A stretch of 56,356 nt of DNA, filler included, from Streblomastix strix (taxonomy: Eukaryota), in the NCBI GenBank assembly GCA_008636045.1. It is 2 parts of 2 records of this genome, joined end to end, with 100 filler letters (N's around TTAATTAATTAA, not from the genome) between each part and the next. Parts side by side here need not be neighbours in the genome. Positions count along the whole stretch, not along the records: positions 1 to 28,132 come from SNRW01000131.1; positions 28,233 to 56,356 come from SNRW01000132.1. One strand, written 5' to 3'. The stretch's first letter is position 1, and every line of letters begins with the position of its first letter. A model generated the notes under the pieces. It had not been told where the DNA came from and made no database searches. It was given only the letters and a program-made list of their open reading frames with translations. Both the position numbers and the translations under genes were made by a program. Positions 26,170 to 40,600 of this stretch are shown here, piece by piece.

Positions 26170-28132
26170 AATTAATTATTTTTTTTATATTTATTATTTT
26201 ATGTCTTTATGTGTTCTCAATAAACTGTTTAATTTAATCTATTAATTGGTGTCTTCTATCTTTAGTCATGAAAATATTCATTTTTATCATATTTCATGTC
26301 CACCCGAGGAAGTCTATCTCCTATTTCGGTGTTAGTTGACACTTATTTAGGGCTATTGTCCAACCAAAATGCTCCAGAGTGTTGATTATATGTTGTGTTT
26401 GGTAAAAAAGCCAGTTTTTATCTTGATGGAGGAGAAGTAGATCGTCGGAGTAGTTAATTATTCTGATGTCTGTTCTCTTACGAATCTCCGTTAAAAGAAG
26501 GGTAAGTGCTTGAGTAAAGAAAATTGGGGAATGTTTACATCCAAATGGCATTGCCCTACATTGGTAGTGGTGATTATCGACTTCGAAAGCTAGGTATGCT
26601 CTATGTGGAGGATATACGATTAGGTGGTGAAAGGCCGATTTAAGATCGAGTGTTACTGCCCAATCGTTAGGAATGAGAAAGTATCGAACTTGTTCGACTC
26701 CATTCATTTAAAAATGAAGTGGTTGTACTTCTTCGTTCAGAAAACTTGCATCTAATATCTTTCTCCATTCTCCCGAAGGTTTAGGAACCAGAAAAGTTGG
26801 GTTCCACCATCTAACTTGTTCTTTCGGAATCTCTTCTATTATTCCTTCCTGTGGTTCCTCTTATAACATCGTTTTAAATGCATGCATTTCTGTTTGATTC
26901 CCTTGGAAGGGACATTGTGCGATTGTTTGTTAAAGTCTCTCTTGACTGTTACTATCTTTGAAGATTAGGTAAAATCCTTTCTGTATGAAATCTTTGCAAT
27001 TGATTGTTTCCCAAGCTGTGATGTATCTCATGAGTTTTCCACCTAGTTGTTATTATTATACTGGGGTTTAGCTTCGCTAAGGAGGAGTCTCTGGTAGTTG
27101 CTCCCCCTGTTAATGCCTCCAGACCTACATCAGCAAGTGCCGTCCGGAGGCGAAGTTGGCGCTGTCAGCGACCCTTCTTCTTCTTACGGGAAGATTTAGA
27201 GCGCGATTTTGTGCTGCCTTTATTCGCTTCGCTCCTTCTGGTTTCTTATGTAAGCCCCGGTGGGCCTTCATTTTCGGGATTATCTGGAAGATTGTTTAAG
27301 TCTAGTTGATCCTGGTCATGTTCAGGTTTATCTTCAGATTACTCTTACTCCGGACCCATCAGGGGTTGGAATCCAAGGCCATCTGCGCGTTAAGCCGCAA
27401 GATGATCTTGTTGAGGGATGTTCATCTCATTTCCATTATTTTAGTGTTCAATATTTGCGCGTTAAGCTGCAAAAATATTCACATTTTCTCCCCCTGCATG
27501 CCATGATGCCGTCCCAAATTAAGATGGGCTGTTGAAACAATAGGGCCATCATTGGTTGTAGGTTATGTTTAAGTAAGATCTCTTTCCATCATCTGTTCCA
27601 TATCTATGTCCATACATGATCCCAAATTAAAGTCACTCCCTCCAGCGATCTGTTTTATACGAGAAGATTAGGCGCTGGGATTTATAGTCCCATTGGCTGC
27701 TCCAGTCTTCCCGCGCCTCTGTCCAGGGACTTTTAACTTAGACTGCGTACTTCCCTAAATAGGTTGATGACGAGATAAAAGGGGCTGTGTTTGAGATTAT
27801 GCCTTGCCTCTACCTCTATTCTTCTTTCCTCTTCCTCTACGACCTCTAACCTGTAGTTCGATTAGATTTGATTCCCCAAATACATCATCATTACTGTCAT
27901 GATCATCATCTCTTCGCATTTGGTATTAATTCAACTCATTAGAGTATTCTTATTGATCTTAAGATGGGATTTAGCTAAGGTCGTCAATGTATTGATTTGG
28001 ATTGTAGTTAGGTTGGAAACTTCCAAAAGGATTGTAAGAGAGGTTATCAAACCCTTTGCTCCTGGCTTCTAGATTCATCAGCATTCCATCCATTAAGTAT
28101 TATTACGCTTTATTTTATGTTCTTTGATGCAT
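26170..28132 (-). mobile_element. DIRS-like retrotransposon fragment, element 4 (end of gag-position ORF plus RT), cut by element 3 and the contig end
   Basis: The upstream ORF ends at TGA 27167-27165. pol starts at ATG 27130: LGGKLMRYITAW...WWNPTFLVPKPSGEWRKILDA...LDLKSAFHHL...RAMPFGCKHSP...NYSDDLL...FLGWT*. No RNase H or YR remains. Confidence 0.9.
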
Positions 28133-28232
28133 NNNNNNNNNNNNNNNNNNNNNNNNNNNNNNNNNNNNNNNNNNNNTTAATTAATTAANNNNNNNNNNNN
28201 NNNNNNNNNNNNNNNNNNNNNNNNNNNNNNNN
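28133..28232. other. Artificial contig-joining linker (N44-TTAATTAATTAA-N44)
   Basis: Symmetric N runs around a six-frame-stop 12-mer, exactly 100 bp. The two sides should not be treated as physically linked. Confidence 0.97.
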
Positions 28233-28238
28233 AATAGC

Positions 28239-28897
28239 TGGAGTTGCAAATTTTTCGATTTGCCTCCGCAATAAAATCGAGCAAAAATTATAATTTTAAT
28301 TTTTTGTCATCATACGAGTAATATTATTATTTAATTTTTATTATAAATATATTATAAAAGTTTTTCAGATATATTGATGGACTATTTCTGCGTTTTTAGC
28401 GGTATGCGTTCGTGAAAACAGAAAATTTTTGTTTTTTCGTTTTTTTATTCAACCCACCATTTCAAATTCATCAATTATTATAATTTAATATAATAAACAT
28501 TAATATATTTATTTTACAATTATTCAATTTAATTTATCTCAAAATTCGCTCACGTATTTTACAAAAAAAATTTAAATTGAAATTTCGCCAATAAGAATAG
28601 TTATAATTATATTTTTAATTGATTTTTTTAATAAATAGATGTAAATAAAGTATTTTACAAAAAAATAGTAATTAAGCATGTAATGGGTGGAAAAATCGAA
28701 AAAATAAAAAAAATCAGTTTTCACGTAAGTGTGCCGCTGAAAATGTAGTTTTTGTCCTTCAATTTACCTGAAAAAATTTTAAAAAATATTTTAAATAAAA
28801 ATTTAATAATAAGATTAGCTTTCTGCTGTTGAAAAAACATGAATATATTTTTTGCTTAATTTTTCAGAAGATGCAAATCTAAATGTTTGCAACTCCA
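28239..28897. mobile_element. Non-autonomous foldback/MITE-like element with ~220-bp degenerate terminal inverted repeats
   Basis: tggagttgcaaa...gatttgc...agcaaaaa...ttttcag...agcgg...cgtgaaaac (28239-28460) mirrors 28680-28897, which ends tttgcaactcca. No ORF; a target-site duplication cannot be assessed next to the gap. Confidence 0.7.
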
Positions 28898-31749
28898 ATT
28901 TTTGTTTATAAATTTATTTTAAATTTTTTAAAGTTAAAAAAAGTGGTAAGTTGTTTGTGAATGGAAACACCCATTATTATCTTATTTATTTTGAATTATT
29001 TTAGATTTGATTTAAGTTTTATCTATTTTTTATTAAAATTTCTTAATTTTTCTCTTTTTTTTGATTTATTGAGCTTTCTTGGCTTATAATTGATACTAAT
29101 TGAAATAAAATAAAATAATGACACTATGAAATATATATTATACAAAATAAATAAAGATAATTAAAATAAATTATTATATTTCAAATAAATCATTAATTTT
29201 TCCAATATTTATGTATTGAGAATGAATCTAACCTGAATTCAATTGCGCTTTCTGTGGAGACGAATTGTTCTGCCTATTTTGCGATTAATATGGTATGATA
29301 TTAACACAAATGACTAACATAAACATCATTATTATATTTTTTAGGACGGAATATATTATATATATACCTATAGCAAGAATACTTAAACCACATCTTCGTT
29401 ATGATTCAAATTATTAATTTTATTATTGATATTATCCATTTATTCAGCAAGTGCTGTTTAAGTTAAAGGGTCTCCATAATTCATATTTTACAAATTCCAT
29501 CAAACAATATAATGGTAATATGTTTTTTTAACATTTTAATAAAATTTCAAATTATTACAATTGTTACAATATTTGAACTTTATAAACATTATATTTTCTT
29601 AATCTTTACATTTCCCATACTTTGTAATAATTATCATCTTATTTACTTTCAATAAATATTTTTTCAAAATTCGATTGGATAAAAAAAATAGCCTCTCCAA
29701 ATAGTTCAATTATATGTACAGATAGTCGATTTTGAGTTATTAATAAAAAAAATATTCAATTATATAAGACGCACAAATTGGCATAAAAATTTATAGATGT
29801 TAATTTGAAAGTTATCGAGAAACCTAACTTTTTTTTACTTGAAATTCTCATTTTAATGAATTAATAATTAAATATGTATTAAATGTATTTAAATAAACAT
29901 AAATATTTAAATTATTAATTTTAAATGAAAAATTATTTAAGATTGAAGTAGTTTATTGATAAATTTCATAATCAAATTTTTTTGGTGCATCATTCTTCTT
30001 ATAGGTAATGTACAACTTCTCTTATTTAAAATATAATTTTTATGCATATTTAAAACTAAATTGAATTAAATAACAATTATAACAATATTATTTGTAGATC
30101 CTGGAGAATTTTGAAGCAAATTTCTGAAAATTAAAGTCCTTGTTTAACAATTTCTCCTCTACCAAATACTTTAAAAAACACTAAAAAAAATTTATAATTA
30201 TATATTATTAGTTTGCATTATTTACAAAATGTATTTATTAACATAAATATGTAGAGAAAACTAGGCTGTAACTTAAAATTGACACGCTGACTTTCGCAGT
30301 TTCATTTATTTATTAAAAATAGCATTTTTTTAACATTCACTTCAATTAATATTTAACTAGCATGTATAATGCGATATTTTAACTATATTTATAATCGAAC
30401 ATTTTTTTTCATGAATTCTGCGATATCTCTGCTCCAAAAATTATTTAAACTTATTTGATAATATTTGTTACCTTTTCCTCTGATATATATCGTTTTTCTA
30501 AAATATTGTAAATATTTAAATGAATAAATTTTACAAAATACTCGCATTATTTTACTAGGTCTTGAGCATATTGAATTGTATATTGCATTTAATTTACTTG
30601 TGTTGTGGGGCGGACCCCAAATTTTCATATTAACTTTTGAAGTTTCGCTCTGGAAATGTATTTCACATTTTCTGAAATTGATAAACCGGACAGATTTGGA
30701 AATGCTATTATTTTTTAACCATTATCATATTTTATTCATTATCAAAACAATTTTATCACAAAAGGCTAATTTATTTCACACTTCAATGTTATTTTATAAT
30801 TTCATCCTATTAGTTTCAATTGTTATAAACTCAAGAAACAAATAAAGTGATTCTATGAACAATTGCTACAATTACTGCAAATGTAATAATAGCAAAAATA
30901 ATCCCAGAGCAAATGTACTATATAATAATATAATATAAAATGTTACATTAAATTGATTATATTACTTGTTTGCTATGTTCTATCATATTATATTAAGTAC
31001 TATTTTATTCATTCAAACCATTCTGCTTTTTTCTGATTCTTTAAATACAGACCGGAGAATAAGTCTAAGAATCATTAACTTTAAATTCAACAACTAATTT
31101 TTTGAATTATAATATTAATTAAGACAGTTATTACATTATACACAAAAAATAATCATAAGTTATATATAATTAATAACATCACAATTATTTTAAATTGAAA
31201 AATTTTAAGAAAAAAATATTTTTTTATTTCTTTCAATATCAGTTGTAATATAATACATTTTATAACTTAATTTATAATATATTACTATATTTAAATATAA
31301 TTTATTAGAATAAATAATAAACAATTTGTTTCTAACTTTATAAATAAAATATTTTATTTTTTAACTTAAATTTTTTGACGAATTCGTCACAAGGAAAAGG
31401 TGGTCGAATGATGAATATGACGATTTTTAACAGCACTACATCACTGTTCAATATATATACAACTTAATTTTTTTTTTGAATTTCATCATTTTAATTCATT
31501 ATTTTAATAATATAAAATTTAATCAATAAATAAGATTTGTGAGCTTACTACTTTGCATTTTTTTATTAAATAGTATTTTTATTACATTTAATTTTGCATG
31601 TAATTCAATTTATTTTTAAAACATAGTTTTTAAAGTGTGAATGTTTACAATTGAACTAAACAATAATTTATTTTTATCATTTATCAAATTTTTTTATTTT
31701 ATTAATATAGAAATTTGATTTTTATTTAATTATCTAATTTACAGTTCAT

Positions 31750-34700
31750 ATGTCTCAAATAACTGATGAGTATATTTTGGAACTATTGAGCCAAAGTCTT
31801 ATACCAGACAACACAATCTAAAAAGCTGTTTATGAAAAACTTGAAATTGTTTGTCAATTTATTATCAAGTCTAATATATTTATTCAAATAATCTGGTTTT
31901 TAATGCAGTGGAAAAAATAAAGTGGATTTTTCAAATCGCTATTGACTTTTGTGATGAACGATGCCATCAATATTGATGTGCGATTCATAGGAGCATTAAT
32001 ATTGAAGAATGAAACCACATCTGTGTGGGCAGCATCTGAAGATAAATAAAGCAAGAAGTTTGTAAAAGACAACATAATCACATGTATTGTTCTTGCACCA
32101 GATAACATAAAGAAATCATTGTGCAACGCTCTTTAAAATATTGCGTCGTTTGATTTCCCAAAGAAATGGAAGAACTTCACTGAATTGATTAATTAGCATC
32201 TGATGAATGATAATATTTCATCTATTATTGGTGGAATGCGCTGCCTGAATTCGTTAGCAAAAGTGTTCTGCTTTACTATTAATGAGCCTGGGTGTCCGTT
32301 TCATGAACTGATTGGTGCTTGTCATGAGCGTGTTTATGCAATAGTTGAATAATCAATGTAAGGTCAGTAACTGGATGATGTCAGAGGCCAAGTGATTCTA
32401 TTGGCATTGAAAATATTCTTCAAGTCAATACGAATGAGTTTATGTGAACATGTTATTAAACCTGTTGTATTTTATGGATGGATGAAAATTCATGATTTTA
32501 TCCTGAATCTGAGTGTTTAAGAATAACCAAATGTTTGATTTTCAAATTAAACTATTAATTATTAATTAATATTTAAAATAATATTTTACTTCATTTTTTA
32601 TTCTTTTTTAATCATTTATCTTTGTATATACAGTCATTGCTTATAGATCTTACTAAGAATATCTGGTGGAAAGTGAAATCCAATTGTTTGAGTAATCTGA
32701 GTTTAATATTTTCTAAATATGGAAAACCAAATACTCCAAAATAGCCAAATAGAGATTTCTGCATATTGTGGAATGCAACATATTCTAATCCTTTTCTCAC
32801 TAAGATTTTGGATTAGCAATTAGAATATCACAGATTGAAATGTTTGACTTAACAAATTTTTTTATAAACAATTTAATAATTTATTTGTTTAATATTTTTA
32901 TTAATTTATTTTTTTACTTATTTTATTTTTTACTGTAGAATAAGCACAACTTGCTATGCTCTAAACCAACATTAATGCCTCCGAAGTAGAACTAATGGAA
33001 TGCGGACCATTAATACCAATTAAAATGCTTTGTAGAAGTATGAACATATTGATGAATGGATGTCTGCATAGATGCACATTTCTTCCATCTATTAAAGATA
33101 AGCTCAATCCACTGATAAAGGAGATCGTATTGTATGAATTACGGCCAAGTGAATAAGAATTAGAGCTTTGGTAGTCTGCATTAGAAGGAGGAGCATAAGA
33201 GCAGAGAGAATATTGCCTCTGCGAACTTGATTCTGATATAATGGTTGATCAGCCAAAGTATTAGGCTGATTCAATCCTTACAACAATCGCTAATATTTGG
33301 AGCAGATCTGGAATTGCTTCAATCACAAATGTGATATCAATTGAATTAGAAAGAATTAAAAATAGCTAAAATGCAGATACCAATGTTTAGCAAAGTTTAA
33401 TTGCATGGATGGACAAAGATGTTATTATCTATGCATTGGGTAAGACCAGTAAAGCATTGATCAACACACAAAGTATTGAAGTCTTAGAATAGATTTTATC
33501 CAATTTCATTATTCCTGAGTTATAATCGAATGAGTTGAGGTTGAGAATGAGAGCGATGTGGTGTTTGGGAGAATTTATTGCAGAACAGCCGAAGTACTAC
33601 AAAAATGAAAACGAATAACAAATTTAAGAAACTCAAATTTAATCATAAATCATTCCATAAAATACATAAAAGAAATATTGGTCATCCGAATTCACTAACA
33701 ATGTCGTTGTTGGTGTCATTGGAAATCTGACCAATCCATTCCTCCCTGTTCGCATTCATGCACTATTAAGTACAACTAAACTTCTCAAATTAGAATCACA
33801 CTCATCATCTTATAATCAGCAATAACTAAATAATCCTTTCTTTCCAAATCAACAAATCAATTCCAATTCCAATTCCAATTCCAATTCATTATAAGTACAA
33901 CCAGACCGTCACCATCCCTTACTTAGAGAATCATGCGGCATCCTCTTCAGAATAACAATGGAATAAATGAGTGCAACAGGTGGTGGAGCAGAAGAGCTCT
34001 GCCAAGCTGTTGTTGATGTCGTTGCTGAATTCGGGTAAATTGTTCGACCACACACTACTTCAATGTTCATCACGCTCTTGGGTTCACTTATTGAGTGCTT
34101 GAGAGATGCACACAAGTGGGATCTGAGCATTACTGGTGAAATTGAGTAAATAATTCAGTTGAGTTCAGATCATGAACAAGATGCATAATTGAGATCTCCA
34201 AGACTCAGAGCTGCTATGCTTTCAATTGAGGAGAAAATTGTGCGTGAAACTGCAGAGCATAATCCTAATCTATTGAAGTTATTAGAACATTTGAAGATTG
34301 ATAATGGAATAGTCCCAACAAAAATTCTGTAATTGTCGGAGTAATTCCACAATTTTATATTAAAATAACAGCAAACTCAATCAACACCAGAAACAATCAA
34401 TCAAATCAAATAAATATAAGATTTTACTCAATAAATTATTTCAGATATGCAAAAGAATTACATCAGGTAAACAATAGTTAAACCACAGCTCTGGGAAACG
34501 CTTATTGAAATGACTTAAATAATTGATACATTTAATTCAATTCAACAAATATAAGCTGAATAATCAGGAATGAGTAATATTAATATTAACTATTTATAAC
34601 CTTCATAGATAGGAAGTTTGATTGATGAATAATCAATGAGCGAAGCTATTATTTCAGTTCTACGTACCTTTGCTAATATTTCAACAACATAACACCACAA

Positions 34701-37002
34701 TTCATCATCATATACAAATCAGCCTAATGAATCATTTGCAATATATCCAATACAGGATGCATTAAGTCTTCTAATCAATTCATTCAGACGTGATATCCCA
34801 ATGATTCGAGCCTAACTTTCATTATTTTTTCCATTCTATAAACTGATCTCTCAAATATTTTTCATTTAGGGCGAAATTGAGTTAAGTCAATTGCTACAAT
34901 TAACTTCTCCTACAAATCCAACACCTACAGCAATCAATCTTTGTGAATCTTTAATACCAATAATGATTTCTGATTAATAATTAATGATTTAAAATGAAGA
35001 AAATGAAAGAAAATCATTTATTGATTCTAATTCAATCATGATTTCTGATTCTGTTTACAATGTATTAGGCGAATTTGTTCTGAATACAAATACAATTGTA
35101 CCAAAAGTTGTTTAGTCGACTTCTGATGCAAATCAGCCAGTTCTAAATTCCATAATACAATACATACTCCCATTCATGAAAATAGCATCAGCAGGGTCAC
35201 TATCAATGAAATCTGATCTTCTTGAAGATACTTATGATTCATATCATGTACTTCTAACTTGAACTCCACAATTTTTACTGAATTTCCCAACTTTTGCTTT
35301 TCCTGCCCATCCAAATTGCATCCTCTATGATTTAACTGGGGTTTCACTTAGATATATTGTCGATACGGATAGTATCCAAAACAATGCTGGTTTAAATCTA
35401 TTACAGGATATTTTATGTGCTTCGTTTATCATTCGCACATCTAATGAGTACAATTGAGCCTTAAATTAGAATACAGGAAATTAATAACAAATCAATTCAA
35501 GGTCTCCAATTGATCCTTTGATTCCATATATAATAGCTACGATATGGTGGAAATTATCAATTTGTATACAAGATGCGAGATAGATAATTAAAGATGAATG
35601 GGTTGCAAAAGAAAGAAAAAAGATAAAGCTGATCTAAAAGTAATAAAAACAATCAAATAAGAAGAAAGGATCAAAAATAATTCAAAAATCAATGTTTGAA
35701 TAAGGACAAAATATCGAAGCAAATTAAATCACTAGTTCTCCTGATCTTAGTTTAAATGCTCTAATATCTGAAGTTGTAAAGCAATTCCCATTTGGCGGAA
35801 TTTTACTTACAGATCTTGCTATGGTTCTAATGTCAGCACCAGAATCTTCAATCTCATTTCTTACTGAAATCTAACGAAATATTCAATTATCCCAATCTGA
35901 TTAAAGAACACCAATAGTTCAACTCTGTTCCAACACTTCAATTTCACTTACTAGTTATTTCTAAGTTATTTTTGCTTCTCACATGCAGACGCTAGCACAG
36001 AAGAAATATATGTCACTTTCACTTATATCATTATTCTCACTTCCTGGTGAGATGTTTGTTCCATCTGAAGGAAGTGATAATGGTAGTGTTGGAAATATAG
36101 AAATAATGAAGAATATTATAGTTAAAAGTCTGGAGATATGCGCTGGACTTGAATAGGATGTAAATAACATTTCAGAAAAGAATAAGAAAACTCGGTAAGA
36201 GAATCTTCTTAAAAAGATAGTTTTCAGTGAAAGAAACAAATTAAAATTGTAGACAAAAATGCAAAATAATACAAATACATAAATGAGATTTGATACAGAT
36301 AAAGCACCTAAATTTAATAATGCTAACGATGTTTAAAACTTCTGGAAGAATGAAGATGGACCTCCCGAACTAAAAGAAGAAGATTTTCCCATAAATGAAT
36401 CTAAAGTTGATAGAGATGGAGATGTAATAATGGATGATGAACATGAAATAGATAATTAATAGTAATAAGGATTTGACGATGATAATGAAGATGATGATGA
36501 GGAAGATGATGCTGAAAATGATGATGAACTATTTAAAACATAGAATGATCCCAAAACTGTGTACGAAATGTATATGAAAACTCTGCATGGCAAAAATAAA
36601 GATAAAAATAAAGATGAAATAGATGAAGGATATGATTAAGGCAAATATGATTCTGATGTTTGCGGGGACAATGATGGAAATGGATTCATTACTCTGTTTG
36701 ATGATGACTTTGATGATGATGAGGATGAAGATGATCAAAATGTAGAGTATCCTCCTTCAGTTGAAGAACTCCAGAATGCTTCCATTTTACTTTAATAGTA
36801 AAATAACATTATAAGCCCACATAGAATTGAAATATTTGATGATATCATGTATGCAGGACAGTTGTGGACCAGATTTTGTTAGCATCCATAATTATGTGCT
36901 CTTTTTGAATAAGCTTCAACGCAAATTTCCCCTGATGCAAGCAATGCAATACGAGTTATACTGGCAGAAGCATAGCGGAGAACACAACCTACTAACCAAT
37001 GA
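31750..37002 (+). CDS. Importin-7/8-like karyopherin beta (introns 31849-31908, 32533-32633, 32842-32938), with two in-frame TGAs
   Basis: IBN_N-like start (VRFIGALILKN...W), FDFPKKW, IWWKVKSNCL...SKYGKP, LRMRAMWCLGEF, LPVRIHA and an acidic C-terminal loop. Final TGA at 37000-37002; internal TGAs at 35260 and 35455. Confidence 0.85.
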
Positions 37003-37685
37003 GTGTTAAAATAAATATATTAATGATTTATTAAATAATCATCACTTAATACTTTTTTTACACTATTAAGATATTTGCTTATTATTTACTTGAATTATTT
37101 ATACATCTCGCAAATTATAAACATTTTGAAACTGTTTCGACGGAATTTAGTTTGTCTATAACATTTATTTATTAAAATTTCACATTAATTATTTATGAAC
37201 TCAACTCAGTCACGATGATCTTTCATCAAAGAAATAAACAGCTTTTTACACCGAAATAAGAACTAATATTCTACTCATTTGCTATTTATATAATTACCTG
37301 TATAATTTATAATTTAATGAATATAAACATCAACCATAACTCTTCAGGATACATCGGATATGAAAAAAATGAGAAACAACCCGCGTTTCGTACCAACAAA
37401 ACAATCAAAGAGAATAATTTATATGATTAAATTACAGGACTTAAATTATTCAAAAGTTTAATTGATACATATTTAACATTCTTATCGTTTTTATCGAGAT
37501 ACGCGCATACTTTTAAGAACGTCATTGTAATTCCATTCTTCGCATCTTTCATAATTTATATCTTAATTTATTTGTTATCTTCTTAAATAATAATTCACAT
37601 TTTTAACATTAAGTAATAATAATCTTGGAAGAATATATAATTTAAACTCATAAAAATTAAACTATCTAACATTCTCCTATTAATA

Positions 37686-40600
37686 ATGTTAATCACTTCG
37701 CAAAGCGATTTTTATGCATCAGCTGAGACAATATATCTATTGAACAGAGATTATACATCATAGCCCACACTATATATTAATGAAAACCAGCCTACCAATG
37801 AATATATAATAACAAACTGCACTTTCACCAACAGCAGAAATCAATTAGGAAATGGAGGTGCATTAAATATCCAACTAACAAATGGAGGATCAGCATCAGC
37901 TAAAAACGTTACGATTTCCGATTGTCAAGCGATCAATGGAGGTGCAATTTACGCAGAAATTCGCAGTCTTGGGAAACTGATCATAGAAGGATCATGCTTG
38001 ATATCGAACTGCACAAGTTAATAGAATGGAGGAGGAATTAATTGTATAATACTTGATATTGGAAGCACAGTCGATATAATAGGATCAGTGACTATATACA
38101 ACTGCTCCTCATCAGGCAATGCTGGAGGTCTTTATGTTTCAATGAATTCAGGATTATTCTAATGTAATAATATGTATGTATAAGAATGCAAATCACTGAA
38201 CAATGGAGGTGGAATCTATATTGATATTATTAATGGTGGTGAATTAATACTTGATAATGGATGTCAATTGATCTAATGCATCAGTGAGTAAGGGAATGGA
38301 GGAGCTATATACATTGATATTGACTTTGAACAGTAATCCCAATTCAAAATCAAAGATGCATTGATTCAATCATGCGAAGCTAAATATAATTCATAATCAA
38401 ATAGTCCAACTGGTTATGGAGGAGGAATCTTCCTTGTTGGTTCAGTTAACTTCGATGTATCATAAAGACTGCTGGATTTCCATGGCTTAAAGACGAATGG
38501 AAACCTTGCATCATATAATGGATAAAGCTTATATGTAGTGATGGCTAAAATAGATTCATGGTGCAAGTAAGGAAACTATGGTGAATATGTGAAAGGAAAT
38601 TACAGTAATAGTAAATCCAGTCTGGGAGAATTACAAGGTATTGCAACAAGCTTTGGCACCTTCAGTAAAATGACTATACAACAAATTTCAGCATTAACAT
38701 AACATCTTCAATTATTATGGAGTTAATCTGCTGTTGTAACTAAAGTGAGTGCAATTATTAATCAGAATAATATTGATGCACCTCTTTTATTCATAATTGA
38801 AGGACATGGAATGATATCCGGATAGTTTTATGTGAAGTTATTTGAGATTCGAGATAAAACAGAAGAAGAAATAGAGTAGGATATGAATGATAATAAATAA
38901 TCACTTTATAATAATAACTAGAATAATTCAATTAAAAGTTCAATTAAAACAAATTCATAATTAAAAAATGATAAGAATTCATATCATTGTAATGAATTTG
39001 AATTGATCTGGCCAGATAATGATGGTACCGGTTCACAAATTGCAATCGATGGATCACCACAAGGATAATAAACTGCTTCATTTGGAATGAAAGATGCAAA
39101 ATGGTACAATTATTAAAAGAAGTTATATGGAATTTTAGGGTCAAATGATGGTGTAACTTTCACTGGAGTTAAAGGAAAAATAAACAAAACAGTTTTATTA
39201 TAAACTCAAATTGAAAAAGAAACACATTTGGATTAAATAGTTGATGAATAACCAATTAAGCCAAAAGGAACTGGAATTCCAACTTGGGTCATAATTCTGA
39301 TTATATTGATTATACTATTGCTTGTATGTGTTATTATTACAAATGGGTTGTATTACTTCTTCCGATGGTGGAACAGCAATGAATAAAGAATTAAGAGAAT
39401 TAAATCAGATTTTGCTGAATTCAAGAACTAACATGAAAATAATAAATAACAACTACTTCAATACCCAGATACTAACAAAGAATAATTCTCGGGTAAACTT
39501 TTGAAGGGTTCTTCATTCCTATTTAAAGCTAAATCTTAAAAACAATCATTATAACATTAATCTGAGATTGATTAGCTTCAAAAAAAGGAACCATATCAAA
39601 AATTCCCTCCAAGTCCAATTCCAAATCAAATTCCAGAATCTGCAATTTAAACACCACCTCGTATTTAATAAAAATAAAATCCACCTCTTCATTTCTCTTC
39701 TCCGATTCATAATATTTCATCTTCTTCAAATATGCATCCACTAATTTCTCCAAATAAAGATACAAATACAAATGCAAATTCCAGCTAAAGATTGACTCAA
39801 AATAAATCATAATCAAAAATTCAATCATTGCATGGCGCTTAAAGTTTGTATATGAATCGTAGAAATGGATTGGGAAATAGTTAATCTAAATATATCCAGA
39901 AATAATAATAATAGAATAATTATATTCAAACTAATTCTAAATCACCAAATATTTCTTAATCAACTTCAAATATAATCCCTTCAAATAATTTAAATTAAAA
40001 TTAAAATTCATTTAAATCTATTTAATCAATATAAATATAATCACCTCCTCTAATTATTAAGGATTCAATGAAGAAGCCAACTCTTTTAATTAATAATATA
40101 GAAAAACAACCTTCAATATCAACAACTCCAAGTAATAATAAATAATTAGATCAATAATAATAACAATCTTCATTACCAATAAATCAATCAAATTCATCAA
40201 AACATCTCGATCTATCAACAAGTTCTGGTCATTCAAATACACTATCTAATTCTCGTCCGAATACTCCAAATGAATTACATTCATATACTTCTTAGCAAAG
40301 TTCAAGCTAATCTCAGTTAGCCATTCCTGCATAAATTAAAGCAACTCCACTCATCATCAAAGATAGTATGAACAAAACAACAACCATAATTCCTTCTGTC
40401 TAATCTTAATTAACCAAACAAACTTCAAATCCATATTCAATTTAAAGTTCATCTAATATAACACTACCATCCAAACCAGCATAAATAAAATCTCCTCCAA
40501 TAACAATAAAAGACAATTTATAGAAACCTCCATAAATTGCATCAAGTTAATCACATACTTTTCTTCCAACATCAATTTCAAGCATGAATTCATCAAATCA

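Noticed and set aside
5672..26296. Using TGAs in the retroelements to infer which amino acid TGA encodes
   Set aside because: They align to both Arg (5672 vs DIRIINY) and Trp (6729, 23717, 26294) in frameshifted copies, so they look like ordinary decay.
28177..28188. TTAATTAATTAA palindrome as a biological site
   Set aside because: Artificial six-frame-stop spacer between N runs.
30095..30660. Possible second degenerate inverted repeat
   Set aside because: Only short matches (tgaaaatt...gtcc) in very AT-rich DNA; not distinguishable from chance by eye.
35248..35469. A 222-nt in-frame GT...AG 'intron' that would remove both importin TGAs
   Set aside because: Not favoured. The interval has exon-like composition, unlike the very AT-rich introns here, and translates to helical sequence continuous with importin-7-like flanks. 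Only cDNA can exclude it.
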